Shown here: positions 27,868-37,655 of the stretch, one piece after another
Layout: the number at the start of each line of letters is the position of its first letter
How positions within the stretch are numbered: the stretch's first letter is position 1
Source: a virus
DNA: 42,384 bases
Virus record (IMG/VR): IMGVR_UViG_3300017446_000008
Location: 1 to 42,384 of that record
Direction: 5' to 3' (one strand)
Notes under the pieces: model-generated
Told to the model about the DNA's origin: nothing
Databases searched by the model: none
Seen by the model: the letters and a program-made list of their open reading frames with translations, nothing else
Translations under genes and position numbers: made by a program

Positions 27868-30279
27868 TTAATTTACAATCTTCTTAGCATTCTTTTCAAA
27901 CTTAGCGATATACTGGTATTGGCTATCAAATTCAGTATCATCTGTTTCGCATATCACCAATTCAGCTTCTGATTTTGCTGGCGAGTGCGTAATGCTAAAC
28001 GGAATAAAGGGCTTACCCTCATAGCCAGCTACTTCAAAAATAGAAAAAAACGATAAAGCACCACTTTGTACAGTAGGTTCTAATTTATACATTGGGCGTT
28101 GATAGCTACGGGCAAGCTGATTGATCGTAACTTGCGGTAAATAACCTGTTATGTAAGTACGGGTATTGGCCGGCGTGCTTGAATCAGTAGTTTCGGTATT
28201 TACAAAATGATCTTTCCATAAACTCCTGGTATTTGCAGTAGCATAATCTAACCCGTAAAACACATTAGCCGCCAGCCTTTTATTAGTTGTATAATTCGTT
28301 ACTGGTATATCTACTGTTTTCTTTTCACTTTTAGCATAATTAGTCATATTGGTTACGACATGCTTTTCACCAATTTGCTTATTATAACTTTCTGCAGTAT
28401 CGTTTAATGTCAGCACTAAATTATCGTATAACACATAGTATCTGGTGTCATAGCTTATGTTCGTATAGCTTTCACCTTGCAAATTCCCTGGCTGAAAACT
28501 TTCGTCAAAAAATACAGCCTTAGTACTATAAATATGAAAAGTTAACTGACCCGTACCTGGTATTTCTGGCGAATTAATAGAAAAACTTTGCCATCCTGAA
28601 TAATCATTAGTTGGTGCGCCTTTGATAGATGTTAAATTACCTTCTGACAAGAACTGTTCTTGTGGTGATTTTATTTCTATCCATTGAGCATCAGAGGGTT
28701 GATCGTATCGATTTGGTGATTCAATTTGATCATCTGATAAGGCCCTATAAGGTGCTTGTCTGAGATAATAAGCCTTGCCATCATCACGTAAAAAATAAGG
28801 CAATACAGCAAACACCAAACCTTGTTCGAGATCAGCACTCAGACCATTGTTATATTTTGTAGGTTTCCAGTTAAAAGAAAGTTGTAATGATTTATGTATC
28901 TGATCAATTGGCACCGTTTCAGAAAATTCAATTTTGCCGTAATTGCTGCCATTGCCATATATCTTTAAGCTCCAATCACCTAAATAAGCATCACTTTTAG
29001 TCACACCGGCTGTTGTTAAACCGCCATCTGTTGCTTGTTTAAACCCTAAAGGTAATTGCCCCTCGACCGCGCCTACTTCAAATGACGGGTTATTGTACAA
29101 AAGAGATAAAAGGTTAAAATCCAGTTTAGCTTCTAATTGTTTGAACGAATTGTCATAACTTAAAGGTGGTATCTTTTGAACGGGTATTAATTCTTCATTA
29201 ACTCCTATCTTTAGTCTATTAGGCTGCGTAACATTTTGGCCTGAATAAAGCAATTGGTTATTTACGTCGTATTCGTAAAATGATAAGTCGTATAATGATT
29301 GGTTAGGAGCTAATATAAGATGTGATAATACATTATAATCTACTATAAAGAACTTACCCTCATTTTGAAATAAGACCACCTTAAACTGCGTTAATAACAG
29401 CTCCAAAGCATCATATACCGTAATTGCTACACCATCTTCATCATAGAATAAATCAGCCCATAGGCCAACATTGTTATAATCCATTTGCCCATCATACTGC
29501 AATGACTTAACAATGGTGATATTACCTATAAAGTAATCCAGTTTATCAAGGCAGTATCTAACCAAAGCCAGCCACGGTTGAATCCTAAACAATCTAACCC
29601 CTGTCCCATCTCCAAATTCAATCCCTTTTAATGATAGTAAACCCTCAGTTGCCACTAATGATACATCATAGCCTAAGTCGTCATAAACGTCATCTACCTG
29701 GTCTGGCAAAAGCCAACCTTTAAATATTAAATTATCCCCTTCAAAATATTCTACAAAAAATGTACGTTCATCTGCCGTGGCAAATTCGTCTACCGTAAAA
29801 TTGCCATCCGTAATTAGATTAATAGTTAATGAAGATGGCGCAAAGGGGCTTGATTTATCCTCTTCTTGCAATTTTATGCTGTGTATAACAGGTTCGCTCG
29901 ATGTTTGCAGTAACACAGGATATTGAAATGAACTATACTGTTTCTGCATATTTGATATCTTGACCAAATAGTTAACAGTACCATCTTCGTTTTCAAATTC
30001 AAGTTTATATTTATTATGCGTGGTAAACTCCGTAGCTTTAACAATGCCAAAGTTTAACGTAGTTGATTCACCTGCTAAATTAGTTGCGGTCAATACGTAA
30101 TTCCCCGGTTGCAACCCCGTATAAGTACCTGTAATAGATGTTACCGAAACAATATTAGCACCGGTTAATGAATATGAAATACCTGATGTATCTGATATAG
30201 CAATGGCGTGTATTGAACCGTCATTACTGCCTATATAAAGCTCATCTGTTATGCGGGGGTTAGGTTTAAAGTATATCAT
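27868..30279 (-). CDS. Large tail-tip/baseplate protein immediately after the tape measure
   Basis: 803-aa ORF with a stop/start overlap with the TMP gene. Called from position and size only. Confidence 0.55.
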   Translation of the reverse strand: MIYFKPNPRITDELYIGSNDGSIHAIAISDTSGISYSLTGANIVSVTSITGTYTGLQPGNYVLTATNLAGESTTLNFGIVKATEFTTHNKYKLEFENEDGTVNYLVKISNMQKQYSSFQYPVLLQTSSEPVIHSIKLQEEDKSSPFAPSSLTINLITDGNFTVDEFATADERTFFVEYFEGDNLIFKGWLLPDQVDDVYDDLGYDVSLVATEGLLSLKGIEFGDGTGVRLFRIQPWLALVRYCLDKLDYFIGNITIVKSLQYDGQMDYNNVGLWADLFYDEDGVAITVYDALELLLTQFKVVLFQNEGKFFIVDYNVLSHLILAPNQSLYDLSFYEYDVNNQLLYSGQNVTQPNRLKIGVNEELIPVQKIPPLSYDNSFKQLEAKLDFNLLSLLYNNPSFEVGAVEGQLPLGFKQATDGGLTTAGVTKSDAYLGDWSLKIYGNGSNYGKIEFSETVPIDQIHKSLQLSFNWKPTKYNNGLSADLEQGLVFAVLPYFLRDDGKAYYLRQAPYRALSDDQIESPNRYDQPSDAQWIEIKSPQEQFLSEGNLTSIKGAPTNDYSGWQSFSINSPEIPGTGQLTFHIYSTKAVFFDESFQPGNLQGESYTNISYDTRYYVLYDNLVLTLNDTAESYNKQIGEKHVVTNMTNYAKSEKKTVDIPVTNYTTNKRLAANVFYGLDYATANTRSLWKDHFVNTETTDSSTPANTRTYITGYLPQVTINQLARSYQRPMYKLEPTVQSGALSFFSIFEVAGYEGKPFIPFSITHSPAKSEAELVICETDDTEFDSQYQYIAKFEKNAKKIVN

Positions 30280-32591
30280 TAACCTACCCTACCCTTCTTT
30301 GCATCAGCGCGTGATAAAACTAATAACAAATCACTGCCCTTAACTTTGAACTCACCTGAAAGATTGCCTTGTTGTTCATTTGCTTTGTTGTTAACCATTG
30401 CATTAAATTTTGACATAGGAGCCACAACTTCATGTTCTCTACCTTCGCCAATAAGAGCCAAAGTAGGGCCGGTAACAATACCCCCGTTTGCAAACTTAGG
30501 TATACCGCCTGTTATCGCTGATATTTTAGAGAAATTAGCTGCAAAAGCTCCAATCCCGCCACCGCCTGGTAAAAATGAAAGTATAACGGCTAAAGCTGCT
30601 GCTGCTAATGTGGCCGCAATTAATTTTACTATTAATTTACCTAACCCTGATATGATAGCATCAAAGGCATTTGCACCATTTGAAATAATGCTGGTAAACG
30701 CTTCGGTTAACGATCCGGCAACTTGATTTGTTATATTATTAAATAATTCACTTTGTTCGTTAAAAAGCTGATTGTTTTTACGCTGTTCTATACCTAAGTT
30801 TATTTGCGCATCCGTGTATTCTCTAACCGCGCTCATTGCATCTAGGGCGGCCGTTGTTTGTCCCTCTAAGGACGTTGTTAAAGCGTCTTTTTCACCTAAA
30901 TTTAATTTGCTTTGTTGACCAAATAACGGTTGAAAAGGATCAGCTTTAACTTTTTTTGCTTTTGCGCCTTTAGGCTCAGTAAATGAACCCGTAATTGCAG
31001 CAACTCCATTTTTTTCTGCTGCTTTATTTATTTTATTAATTAAATCTAAATTACGATCAGCTAATTTATTTGTGTCAGTTCTTAGATTGTTTTGTTTTGC
31101 TATGCTTTCATTTATGGATTTTTGCAACTCATTTACTTTTCCTGTAGGCACGAGAGCAACAAATGCCTGCCCACCACCACCCGAAAAAGAAGATGCTGTG
31201 TTTCCTGAAAGGCCAGCAGTGACCGCCTTTTCAACTGCAACCGCCGCATTTAAGGATGTTTGCGTTTTTAAACGCTCTGCCTCTAAATCAGCAATTTTTT
31301 GAGCGTTCTCTATTTGCCTGGATTGATTTTTTTCTAATATCCCTTCTGCTGCCCGTGCTTGTGCAACTTGCAATATAGACGTTTTTAACCTATCGTTAGC
31401 ATCACTAGCACCACCAGTTAGTATTATTTCGTCTTTTAAATTGCCAAAGTAGGCCGGATATTGCTGTTGCAATTCATCAACTGCACGCTTTCTATCCCTT
31501 GTAGAGGCCGCATTATTGGTCGCTAAAGTGTATAGCTGATTAAGTTGGTTTAGGTCTTTTTGGGCAGCTTGTGCCCCTGACACCTGTGCACGTGTTAAAT
31601 CGCCCAAGGATGATACATAATCGTCGCTCGATTTTTTAGTATTCTTTAAGGCACTATCTACCTTTTGCTGGTGTTGAACGAATAAAGTAATAGCCGATGT
31701 TACAACTGCTATCGCTAAACCCAACCCCGCTGGGCCAGCCAAAGCAGAAAGCAACGAGGCGCGTATGGTTGTACCTGTTGCCGCCGCCTCACGTGCTAAA
31801 TAGCCGAACCCATCTACTAAAGGCCCAATATTATTTTGAATGGCTATAAATCCAAAAGGAGCATCTTGTACAACCCTGCCTAAATTCGTTAATGCAAATG
31901 ATGCGCTTCTAGATGACGGCACAATGGAACCTAAAGCATTATTAACTTGAGAAACGTTAGGAGCGCGCAACCTATTAAGGTTTTCTTGAACTCCCGTTAT
32001 TGCCCTATTATAATTATCTATGCTTTTCGTGTCAGTAGCCGCCCTTAACTTTGCTTGCAGTGATGTTAAGGCATTTTCAAGGTTCTGTATAATCCCGACT
32101 GGCTGCGTAAATGATTGCGCAAGGGTTTGCTTTTGACGTTCTAACAACCCCTCTTGTCTGGATATTGAAGCTGAAAGAGAATCTATTTTTGATACTAAAG
32201 AGGTAACCTCATTCGATGCTGTTGAATATCCACCAGCTAATAAAGAATTTATAGCTGCTCTATATGCGCCTATTTGCTGCTGTTGGGTGCTTAAAGTTCT
32301 GCCAAACAGTTCAGCGTTTCCAGTTATTACTGACAGTAGCGAAGATAATGATTGAGTTACATTGTTGGTAAGCTCGTTAAATCGCATACCAACTTGTCTG
32401 GTGCTATCAGAAACGCCACTTAATGCCGCGCTTGTAGCAGGGCTTATTGTTGCAATAGAACTACCAATTTCAGATGCAGAAGCATCTATTTGCCGTGCGC
32501 TGTTTTGCACGGTTTGCACAATAGAGCTTAAGTTCCTTTCGGCTTCCGAAACCCTTACTGATATTTCCGCACTTAAACTAACGTCAGGCAT
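30279..32591 (-). CDS. Tail tape measure protein
   Basis: 770-aa ORF, Ala/Gln/Ser-rich and helical, with a hydrophobic Gly-rich segment and the C-terminal motif KFANGGIVTGPTLALIGEGREHEVVAPM. It follows the G/GT chaperone genes. Confidence 0.85.
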   Translation of the reverse strand: MPDVSLSAEISVRVSEAERNLSSIVQTVQNSARQIDASASEIGSSIATISPATSAALSGVSDSTRQVGMRFNELTNNVTQSLSSLLSVITGNAELFGRTLSTQQQQIGAYRAAINSLLAGGYSTASNEVTSLVSKIDSLSASISRQEGLLERQKQTLAQSFTQPVGIIQNLENALTSLQAKLRAATDTKSIDNYNRAITGVQENLNRLRAPNVSQVNNALGSIVPSSRSASFALTNLGRVVQDAPFGFIAIQNNIGPLVDGFGYLAREAAATGTTIRASLLSALAGPAGLGLAIAVVTSAITLFVQHQQKVDSALKNTKKSSDDYVSSLGDLTRAQVSGAQAAQKDLNQLNQLYTLATNNAASTRDRKRAVDELQQQYPAYFGNLKDEIILTGGASDANDRLKTSILQVAQARAAEGILEKNQSRQIENAQKIADLEAERLKTQTSLNAAVAVEKAVTAGLSGNTASSFSGGGGQAFVALVPTGKVNELQKSINESIAKQNNLRTDTNKLADRNLDLINKINKAAEKNGVAAITGSFTEPKGAKAKKVKADPFQPLFGQQSKLNLGEKDALTTSLEGQTTAALDAMSAVREYTDAQINLGIEQRKNNQLFNEQSELFNNITNQVAGSLTEAFTSIISNGANAFDAIISGLGKLIVKLIAATLAAAALAVILSFLPGGGGIGAFAANFSKISAITGGIPKFANGGIVTGPTLALIGEGREHEVVAPMSKFNAMVNNKANEQQGNLSGEFKVKGSDLLLVLSRADAKKGRVG

Positions 32592-32850
32592 TTTTTAATC
32601 TTTCTTGTAAAGCTTTTAGGTTAGCTAAATCTTTTTTACTGAACTTAGGAACGGTTTGTTGTTTTATCTTTTCGTCGCCAGGTAATGGTAAATACTCAAA
32701 CTTTGTTTTTGCATGGGCACCTTTTGTATCACGGTTAGGTGCGTATAAAAGCCAAAGTATTTCCCTTAGCTTAACCATAGTATCGAGCTCACTCTTTTCA
32801 TGCTTCTCTGAATATGCTTTTACCATTAAATTATAATCGTAAAACGACAT
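32584..32850 (-). CDS. T-frame segment of the tail assembly chaperone GT (expressed by -1 frameshift from 32904..33275)
   Basis: This frame is -1 relative to the upstream gene and stays open from the A9 run (32944-32952) through 32584. Confidence 0.65.
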   Translation of the reverse strand: MSFYDYNLMVKAYSEKHEKSELDTMVKLREILWLLYAPNRDTKGAHAKTKFEYLPLPGDEKIKQQTVPKFSKKDLANLKALQERLKNA

Positions 32851-32903
32851 TTCAGCATATTCATACGGCTTTAATCCTAAAAAACCATATGCAACTTTAC
32901 GGG

Positions 32904-33275
32904 CTAACTCGAAGTCGGGCTGCTGCTGTTTAACTCTTCGGCCTTTTTTTTTATGGTTTCTACCGATTTTAACAGATTCTTACCAAACCTACTATCATTA
33001 AACACCTCATATACATCAGATATTTGTTTAATGCCCTCTTCTGTGGTGTATAACTCTTCTACCTGATCAACTATAAATTCATAATCAGGTGATTTGGTAC
33101 GCTTATTTACAGCGTAATTATAGGCTCCGGCATAGATAATATTACAGGACTGTAAAGTCACATTCTGGCTTGCCTGATCCATTATCAACCGCATAAATTC
33201 CTCGTTAGCAATCATGCCAAAACACAATCCTAATTTAGAACCGTCAACTAATGTTATTTCAGTATTATTATTCAT
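32904..33275 (-). CDS. Tail assembly chaperone G
   Basis: 123-aa ORF between the major tail protein and TMP genes. Contains ATA AAA AAA AAG near its 3' end. Confidence 0.7.
   Translation of the reverse strand: MNNNTEITLVDGSKLGLCFGMIANEEFMRLIMDQASQNVTLQSCNIIYAGAYNYAVNKRTKSPDYEFIVDQVEELYTTEEGIKQISDVYEVFNDSRFGKNLLKSVETIKKKAEELNSSSPTSS
32944..32952 (-). other. Slippery A9 run (A AAA AAA AAG) for -1 programmed frameshifting
   Basis: The plus strand has T9 at 32944-32952. In the G frame this reads ATA AAA AAA AAG. Confidence 0.65.
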
Positions 33276-33724
33276 TACGCTGCTGCTGTAAAGAACGGTT
33301 CGCCTTGACCGGTAAATGTTACGCTAAATGTCGCAATATCATTATTAGGGGCCGTAAACTCTAAAGAAGTGATACGTACACGACCACGTATAATATCATC
33401 AGGCTCTCCAATATTGTACATTTCAACATTAAATACTGTTCCATTTTTCCATAACAATGCAAGTTCATGAAAAGAGGCCTGTGTGTTTTCGGTACTTGAA
33501 CCTGGTATTGCTTGGCCTTCTCCGCTCATTGTCCATCCGCGCTCACCTTGCAGGTCTGTTGCCCACCCATCCGTACATTTAGAAGATGTGCTAATTGAAT
33601 TATCAACAGCTTGCCAACCATTTGAGGTTAAACATACCAAATCCTGAAAAGAAGTACTACCGTTAGCAACCGCACCGGTTTGTGTTCTAACTAAGTATAC
33701 TTTACCATTTACGCCTTGTGCCAT
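33275..33724 (-). CDS. Major tail protein
   Basis: 149-aa ORF immediately upstream of the chaperones. The N-terminus MAQGVNGKVYLVRTQTG is typical of siphovirus tube proteins. Confidence 0.75.
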   Translation of the reverse strand: MAQGVNGKVYLVRTQTGAVANGSTSFQDLVCLTSNGWQAVDNSISTSSKCTDGWATDLQGERGWTMSGEGQAIPGSSTENTQASFHELALLWKNGTVFNVEMYNIGEPDDIIRGRVRITSLEFTAPNNDIATFSVTFTGQGEPFFTAAA

Positions 33725-33728
33725 GATT

Positions 33729-34166
33729 TTATATTTGTTCTATGTAGTGACTAAAGATAAGAATTCTTTTATAATAATTAGCAACCTTAGTTTTTTCGTC
33801 TTGTTGCCGTGATAAATCTAAATTTGTTTTGTAGCAATTGAAACCTGTAATTGGTATTGCATTACTATAATCCGTAACAATGCGCTGCAATACTTGATCT
33901 GCCATCGTTTCACTGGCTAAACTACTACCATTATAAGCAGGATAAATGGTTACACAGTCAACCTGTATAGTGTGCCGTGACTGGTATTTTTGTTTAATGT
34001 TTAAGTCAGCGTTGCTCTGATTAGACAATATAATATACTGTTTTGGCGGGTTATCACGAGTATAGGGCGCAATTGTATCATTTACTTCATCAGAATATAC
34101 AGGGTAGCCTATATCAGCCAATAGGGCTATATAAGACTTTCGTAATTCTGTGGTAGCATCTTTCAT
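33729..34166 (-). CDS. Tail terminator / tail completion protein (by position)
   Basis: 145-aa ORF between the gp10-like protein and the major tail protein. Confidence 0.5.
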   Translation of the reverse strand: MKDATTELRKSYIALLADIGYPVYSDEVNDTIAPYTRDNPPKQYIILSNQSNADLNIKQKYQSRHTIQVDCVTIYPAYNGSSLASETMADQVLQRIVTDYSNAIPITGFNCYKTNLDLSRQQDEKTKVANYYKRILIFSHYIEQI

Positions 34167-34576
34167 CTTACTGCTCTATCTAATATTAACTTTAACCGGT
34201 CTTTTAACCCCGTGGTGTACCTTACCCAATTTGGGTACAAATAGGGTGCTGACCTTAATTTACCCTGACCATTAATAAAGAACTGTCTGGCTACCGATTG
34301 CCATTCATCAGGTAAAGTAGGCACCAATGCAGCTGCACTTTGCCCTGTCCCGAATTCTGTATATGCACCAATTGCACCGGCATTAACAGAAATACGTTGA
34401 ACTAAGCCGCCTTCAGCCGCAACCTTTTGTATTTTTTGCCCAATTGATGTTGGAGCCATTCTAATTGCACCTATTTCAATATCGGTAGCAGTAGCTTCAA
34501 TCTCTTCTTTTAGTTCATCGCGGATAGCCTGACTTAGGCTGTTCAGTCTACCTATAAATTGATCAGTACCTCTCAT
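34163..34576 (-). CDS. HK97 gp10-like neck/tail-attachment protein (by position)
   Basis: 137-aa ORF. The call rests on synteny. Confidence 0.5.
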   Translation of the reverse strand: MRGTDQFIGRLNSLSQAIRDELKEEIEATATDIEIGAIRMAPTSIGQKIQKVAAEGGLVQRISVNAGAIGAYTEFGTGQSAAALVPTLPDEWQSVARQFFINGQGKLRSAPYLYPNWVRYTTGLKDRLKLILDRAVR

Positions 34577-34896
34577 TGTTTAACCATTGCTATAACAAAC
34601 CACATTCTCCTGTCTTCGTTCCACTGCTGAATACTTGAAATGGTTAGGTATTCGGCCTTGTACCTGATATGCCAAAGTTTATTAATCACCACATCAGGCC
34701 GATACCTAAAATATAACTCATAACCACCTTGTAACACCTGCTGATTAGCTTGAACGCTACGATACTGGCGTAATGGGCGTACATTTGCTTGTGTCCAGTA
34801 CACCGTTTTTTCAGTAGGTGTAGACCCGCCAGCACCGTCAGGCGTTTGTACGTATTGAATGAATACAATACGGTGATTAAGTTTACCAGCTTTCAA
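34573..34896 (-). CDS. Head closure / head-tail adaptor protein (SPP1 gp16-like)
   Basis: 107-aa ORF. MKAGKLNHRIVFIQ...PDGAGG...W..ANVRP follows the head-closure family pattern. Confidence 0.65.
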   Translation of the reverse strand: MKAGKLNHRIVFIQYVQTPDGAGGSTPTEKTVYWTQANVRPLRQYRSVQANQQVLQGGYELYFRYRPDVVINKLWHIRYKAEYLTISSIQQWNEDRRMWFVIAMVKQ

Positions 34897-35390
34897 AATA
34901 CGTTACGGCTATATGGTTGTGATAATTTTCGTGTTGTATTTACAACCTCATTAACACTTTCGGTTGTGCTATTTTCTCTGTTTTCGTATGCAGTAGCTAT
35001 ATTTTGCAATAAAGCTAAACGCAAATCATCAGGTAAACAATCGTAACCGGCATTATAAGTAATATCTGCATTGGTTGGCAGTATAAATACCGGCCATTCA
35101 CTGCTGCCTACATTATCAACCGAAATATTATTACCTGAAGTGTCTTTGATTACAACATCACCAACCACCGGACCATATTTTAAACTAAATGGCTCAGGGT
35201 ATATCATCCCGCAACATGCACGGCGGTAATTTTCCGTTACGGTTCGATTAACCAGCCAAATACTTAATTGCCTTTCCATATTTAAACGCTGTCCGGTAAT
35301 AATGGTTTGAATTACCCGGTCGTCAAAGTTATCATCCGCATCAATGCGGATGTATTGCTTTGCTTCGTCTAAAGATATTGGCTCAATCAT
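34893..35390 (-). CDS. gp6-like head-tail connector protein
   Basis: 165-aa ORF. ISLDEAKQYIRIDADDNFDDRVIQTII is the typical connector N-terminal motif. Confidence 0.7.
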   Translation of the reverse strand: MIEPISLDEAKQYIRIDADDNFDDRVIQTIITGQRLNMERQLSIWLVNRTVTENYRRACCGMIYPEPFSLKYGPVVGDVVIKDTSGNNISVDNVGSSEWPVFILPTNADITYNAGYDCLPDDLRLALLQNIATAYENRENSTTESVNEVVNTTRKLSQPYSRNVF

Positions 35391-35569
35391 TAGTTGGTTA
35401 GCTTAGTAGCGTTTTTTTCTTCTTTAGTTTGGCGCGTTGCCTTTTCTTCTTTTAAGTTTACCTCTTCAGCGTGTCCCAACCGTACCATTTCAGAGCCGGT
35501 AAATTGATCTACTTCAACTTCAAGGTCTTTTTTCATACCAGCTACATCTTCTATTAATTTAATTTTCAT
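35390..35569 (-). CDS. Hypothetical 59-aa protein between capsid and connector genes (below the track cutoff)
   Basis: Manual translation: MKIKLIEDVAGMKKDLEVEVDQFTGSEMVRLGHAEEVNLKEEKATRQTKEEKNATKLTN. TAATG overlap with the next gene. Confidence 0.5.
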   Translation of the reverse strand: MKIKLIEDVAGMKKDLEVEVDQFTGSEMVRLGHAEEVNLKEEKATRQTKEEKNATKLTN

Positions 35570-35583
35570 ATGCTCTTAAATTA

Positions 35584-35617
35584 GTTAGGCTTGTCAAAGT
35601 TAATCAACAAGCCTAAC
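35584..35617 (-). terminator. 11-bp perfect hairpin after the major capsid gene (terminator or attenuator candidate)
   Basis: GTTAGGCTTGT (35584-35594), 12-nt loop, ACAAGCCTAAC (35607-35617). It lies 22 nt downstream of the capsid stop, with only a weak T tract after it. Confidence 0.45.
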
Positions 35618-35638
35618 ATTACAAAACTAAACGATTAA

Positions 35639-36916
35639 TTAGGCAGCAGCTAAAGCAGTTTTTGCGGTGGCAAAAGTACCAGTAACAAATGCGGTTAAGT
35701 GATTTGATTTAATATAATTAACAGCCCTTAACTCAGCTAATATAGTAACTAAGTTTTTGGTGAAGTCATCATTTTCATAACCAATACTTATGTTGATTTC
35801 TTCACGCATTGCCAGGGTATCACGTGTAAAGTCACCTACCAAGAATGAACCGGCAGGAACGCCTACGTTAGATACGATACGAACACCTGAAATGGTTTGA
35901 CCATCGGCAGTGGTGAATGGAGCCAGTAAATAGCGACCTTCCCCATCTTTAGTAAGCTCCATGTTCAATTCTTCAACCGGGTTCAGGATAACGTAATTCG
36001 GCATATATGCACCGTTAGAACTAACCATGATTTGAGTAATAGCGGTACGCACAACATCAAAGTTATTTGGGGTGGCTACTACACCAGCACCAGTAGGACG
36101 AGCAAATGTTGGTATTGCGTAGCTTAATATGCCTTTGATTTCAGGTGATGTACCCGAACCGCTTAATATACCAGCATCAAATTTTAAGTTAAGGCGTTCA
36201 ATAAGTTCTTGGCGAATTTCAGCGTTTAGGAAAGCTAAATCAGCTAACATTTCGCGTGAAACTTTAATAAAATCAGTTACCTTCTCAACCTTTGCAGTGC
36301 GCTCGATAACATCAAAATCAATTTGTGATTTCTTGGCGCCTTCAGCAGTCCATGCAGCGTCACCATCTGGGTTAACTTGTTCAGCCCATGCAATGTACAT
36401 GCCAGTTGTAGGACGTACATTTACCAATTGGCGCATAAATGGTTGACGACGTGGAATACGGGCAAATTGAGGATCCCAGTCAGTTAAAGCATATGTACCG
36501 GTGTAGTTAGTTGAAATCAACATCGTGCCAGCAGCTTTGATTTCAAAGTTTACCCAGTCAGACTTTTTATTATCTTTAAGGGTTGACAGGTCGATGTTTT
36601 TTTCTTTTAACAGGTCGGTCAAGTTCTGCTCAAACGATTTGTTTTTTGCCCCTTTTTCTTCTTTCAAGGCAACGGCCATTTCGTCGAACTGCTTTTGCAT
36701 TACATTTACGTAATCAGCAAGGGTTACATCCTTATCAGCATGTTTAACAGTAAATCCGTCGTATGAGGCTTCAATCATTTCTTTAATAGCCTTGCGACCT
36801 TCAATAGAGTTTACAATGGCAGCACCATTGTCTTTAATATAAGCGGTGGCCGCTTCTACCGCTTTCTCGTTAATGAGTTTTACGGCTGCTTCTTTTGTTT
36901 CTAAAACTTCTGACAT
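35639..36916 (-). CDS. Major capsid protein (HK97 fold)
   Basis: 425-aa ORF directly after the prohead protease. Size, position and an N-terminal delta-like helical region support the call. Confidence 0.85.
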   Translation of the reverse strand: MSEVLETKEAAVKLINEKAVEAATAYIKDNGAAIVNSIEGRKAIKEMIEASYDGFTVKHADKDVTLADYVNVMQKQFDEMAVALKEEKGAKNKSFEQNLTDLLKEKNIDLSTLKDNKKSDWVNFEIKAAGTMLISTNYTGTYALTDWDPQFARIPRRQPFMRQLVNVRPTTGMYIAWAEQVNPDGDAAWTAEGAKKSQIDFDVIERTAKVEKVTDFIKVSREMLADLAFLNAEIRQELIERLNLKFDAGILSGSGTSPEIKGILSYAIPTFARPTGAGVVATPNNFDVVRTAITQIMVSSNGAYMPNYVILNPVEELNMELTKDGEGRYLLAPFTTADGQTISGVRIVSNVGVPAGSFLVGDFTRDTLAMREEINISIGYENDDFTKNLVTILAELRAVNYIKSNHLTAFVTGTFATAKTALAAA

Positions 36917-36917
36917 T

Positions 36918-37565
36918 TTAATTAAATAAGTTGGTGATTAATTTGTACTCATCAACCGGCTCGCTGTTCAAGTGTTGATTATTCAACGGCTCTTTTTCGA
37001 GTGATTTCAATATTGTTTCAACCTGTACCAAGCGACTATCGCTATATGGAAGGTTATACATTTTCGTTAGTAACGTGATTACCTGTTCCGGGCTTTTATG
37101 TGACTTAATGTCTCCAACAATAGCCAATTCATTTGCCGCCCATGATGATAAAAATGAGTATTCCCAAAGCTTATACTCAGTAATCATTGCTTTATTTTTC
37201 TGGTCCCGCGCAACTATACCATACCCAATAGACAATTCAGCATTTAAACCATGTTCCTTAGCCATTGTAATATCAGTGAACATATCACGGCTAATTTCTT
37301 TGTTCATATTGAACTGCGTAACCGTATATAAGCCATAAGGGTCGTTAGGGTTCATTTCTTTGTGAACGCCTAATACAATCGTACTGTTATGGTCTTTTAA
37401 TACCCTGATACGCTTGGCATTTTCAGTAACAGTTTTATTAAAGCTGCCTGGTGCCGAAATGTCGCCATCGCTATCAATGTTGTTGTAAACATTGGCATAA
37501 GCGGTCACAATTCCGGCTTTAGAATCGAGGTCTTTAACTTCCTGTGAAATCTGTTTGAAATCCAT
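36918..37565 (-). CDS. Prohead protease (HK97 / S78 family)
   Basis: 215-aa ORF. DSDGDISAPGSFNKT, LKDHNSTIVLG and ELSIGYGI match the HK97 protease family pattern. Confidence 0.8.
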   Translation of the reverse strand: MDFKQISQEVKDLDSKAGIVTAYANVYNNIDSDGDISAPGSFNKTVTENAKRIRVLKDHNSTIVLGVHKEMNPNDPYGLYTVTQFNMNKEISRDMFTDITMAKEHGLNAELSIGYGIVARDQKNKAMITEYKLWEYSFLSSWAANELAIVGDIKSHKSPEQVITLLTKMYNLPYSDSRLVQVETILKSLEKEPLNNQHLNSEPVDEYKLITNLFN

Positions 37566-37570
37566 TGGGT

Positions 37571-37602
37571 GTAAATATAATGAGTAGGTAAAATATATTT
37601 AC
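37571..37602. promoter_or_regulatory. 9-bp perfect inverted repeat GTAAATATA-N14-TATATTTAC (back-to-back TATATTTA boxes or an operator)
   Basis: Left arm 37571-37579, right arm 37594-37602. The minus-strand copy reads TATATTTACacccaATG (protease start). The plus-strand copy points at the RHH gene. Confidence 0.45.
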
Positions 37603-37655
37603 TATAACCGCAAATATTATTAGTATATGTTATTATAAAATATTAATTTTACGTT

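Noticed and set aside
30346-32598. Plus-strand ORFs inside the tape-measure gene (30346..30726, 31072..31302, 32362..32598). Similar antisense ORFs elsewhere in the late block: 20874..21110, 21393..21593, 22755..22943, 23443..23634, 24262..24474, 34789..35046, 36129..36446, 36525..36713, 37075..37338, 38476..38799, 40345..40581, 41192..41407.
   Set aside because: All lie antisense within long, motif-supported genes. Their translations are low-complexity or Pro/Ser/Cys-rich and non-protein-like, with no independent start or stop packing. They are typical shadow ORFs.
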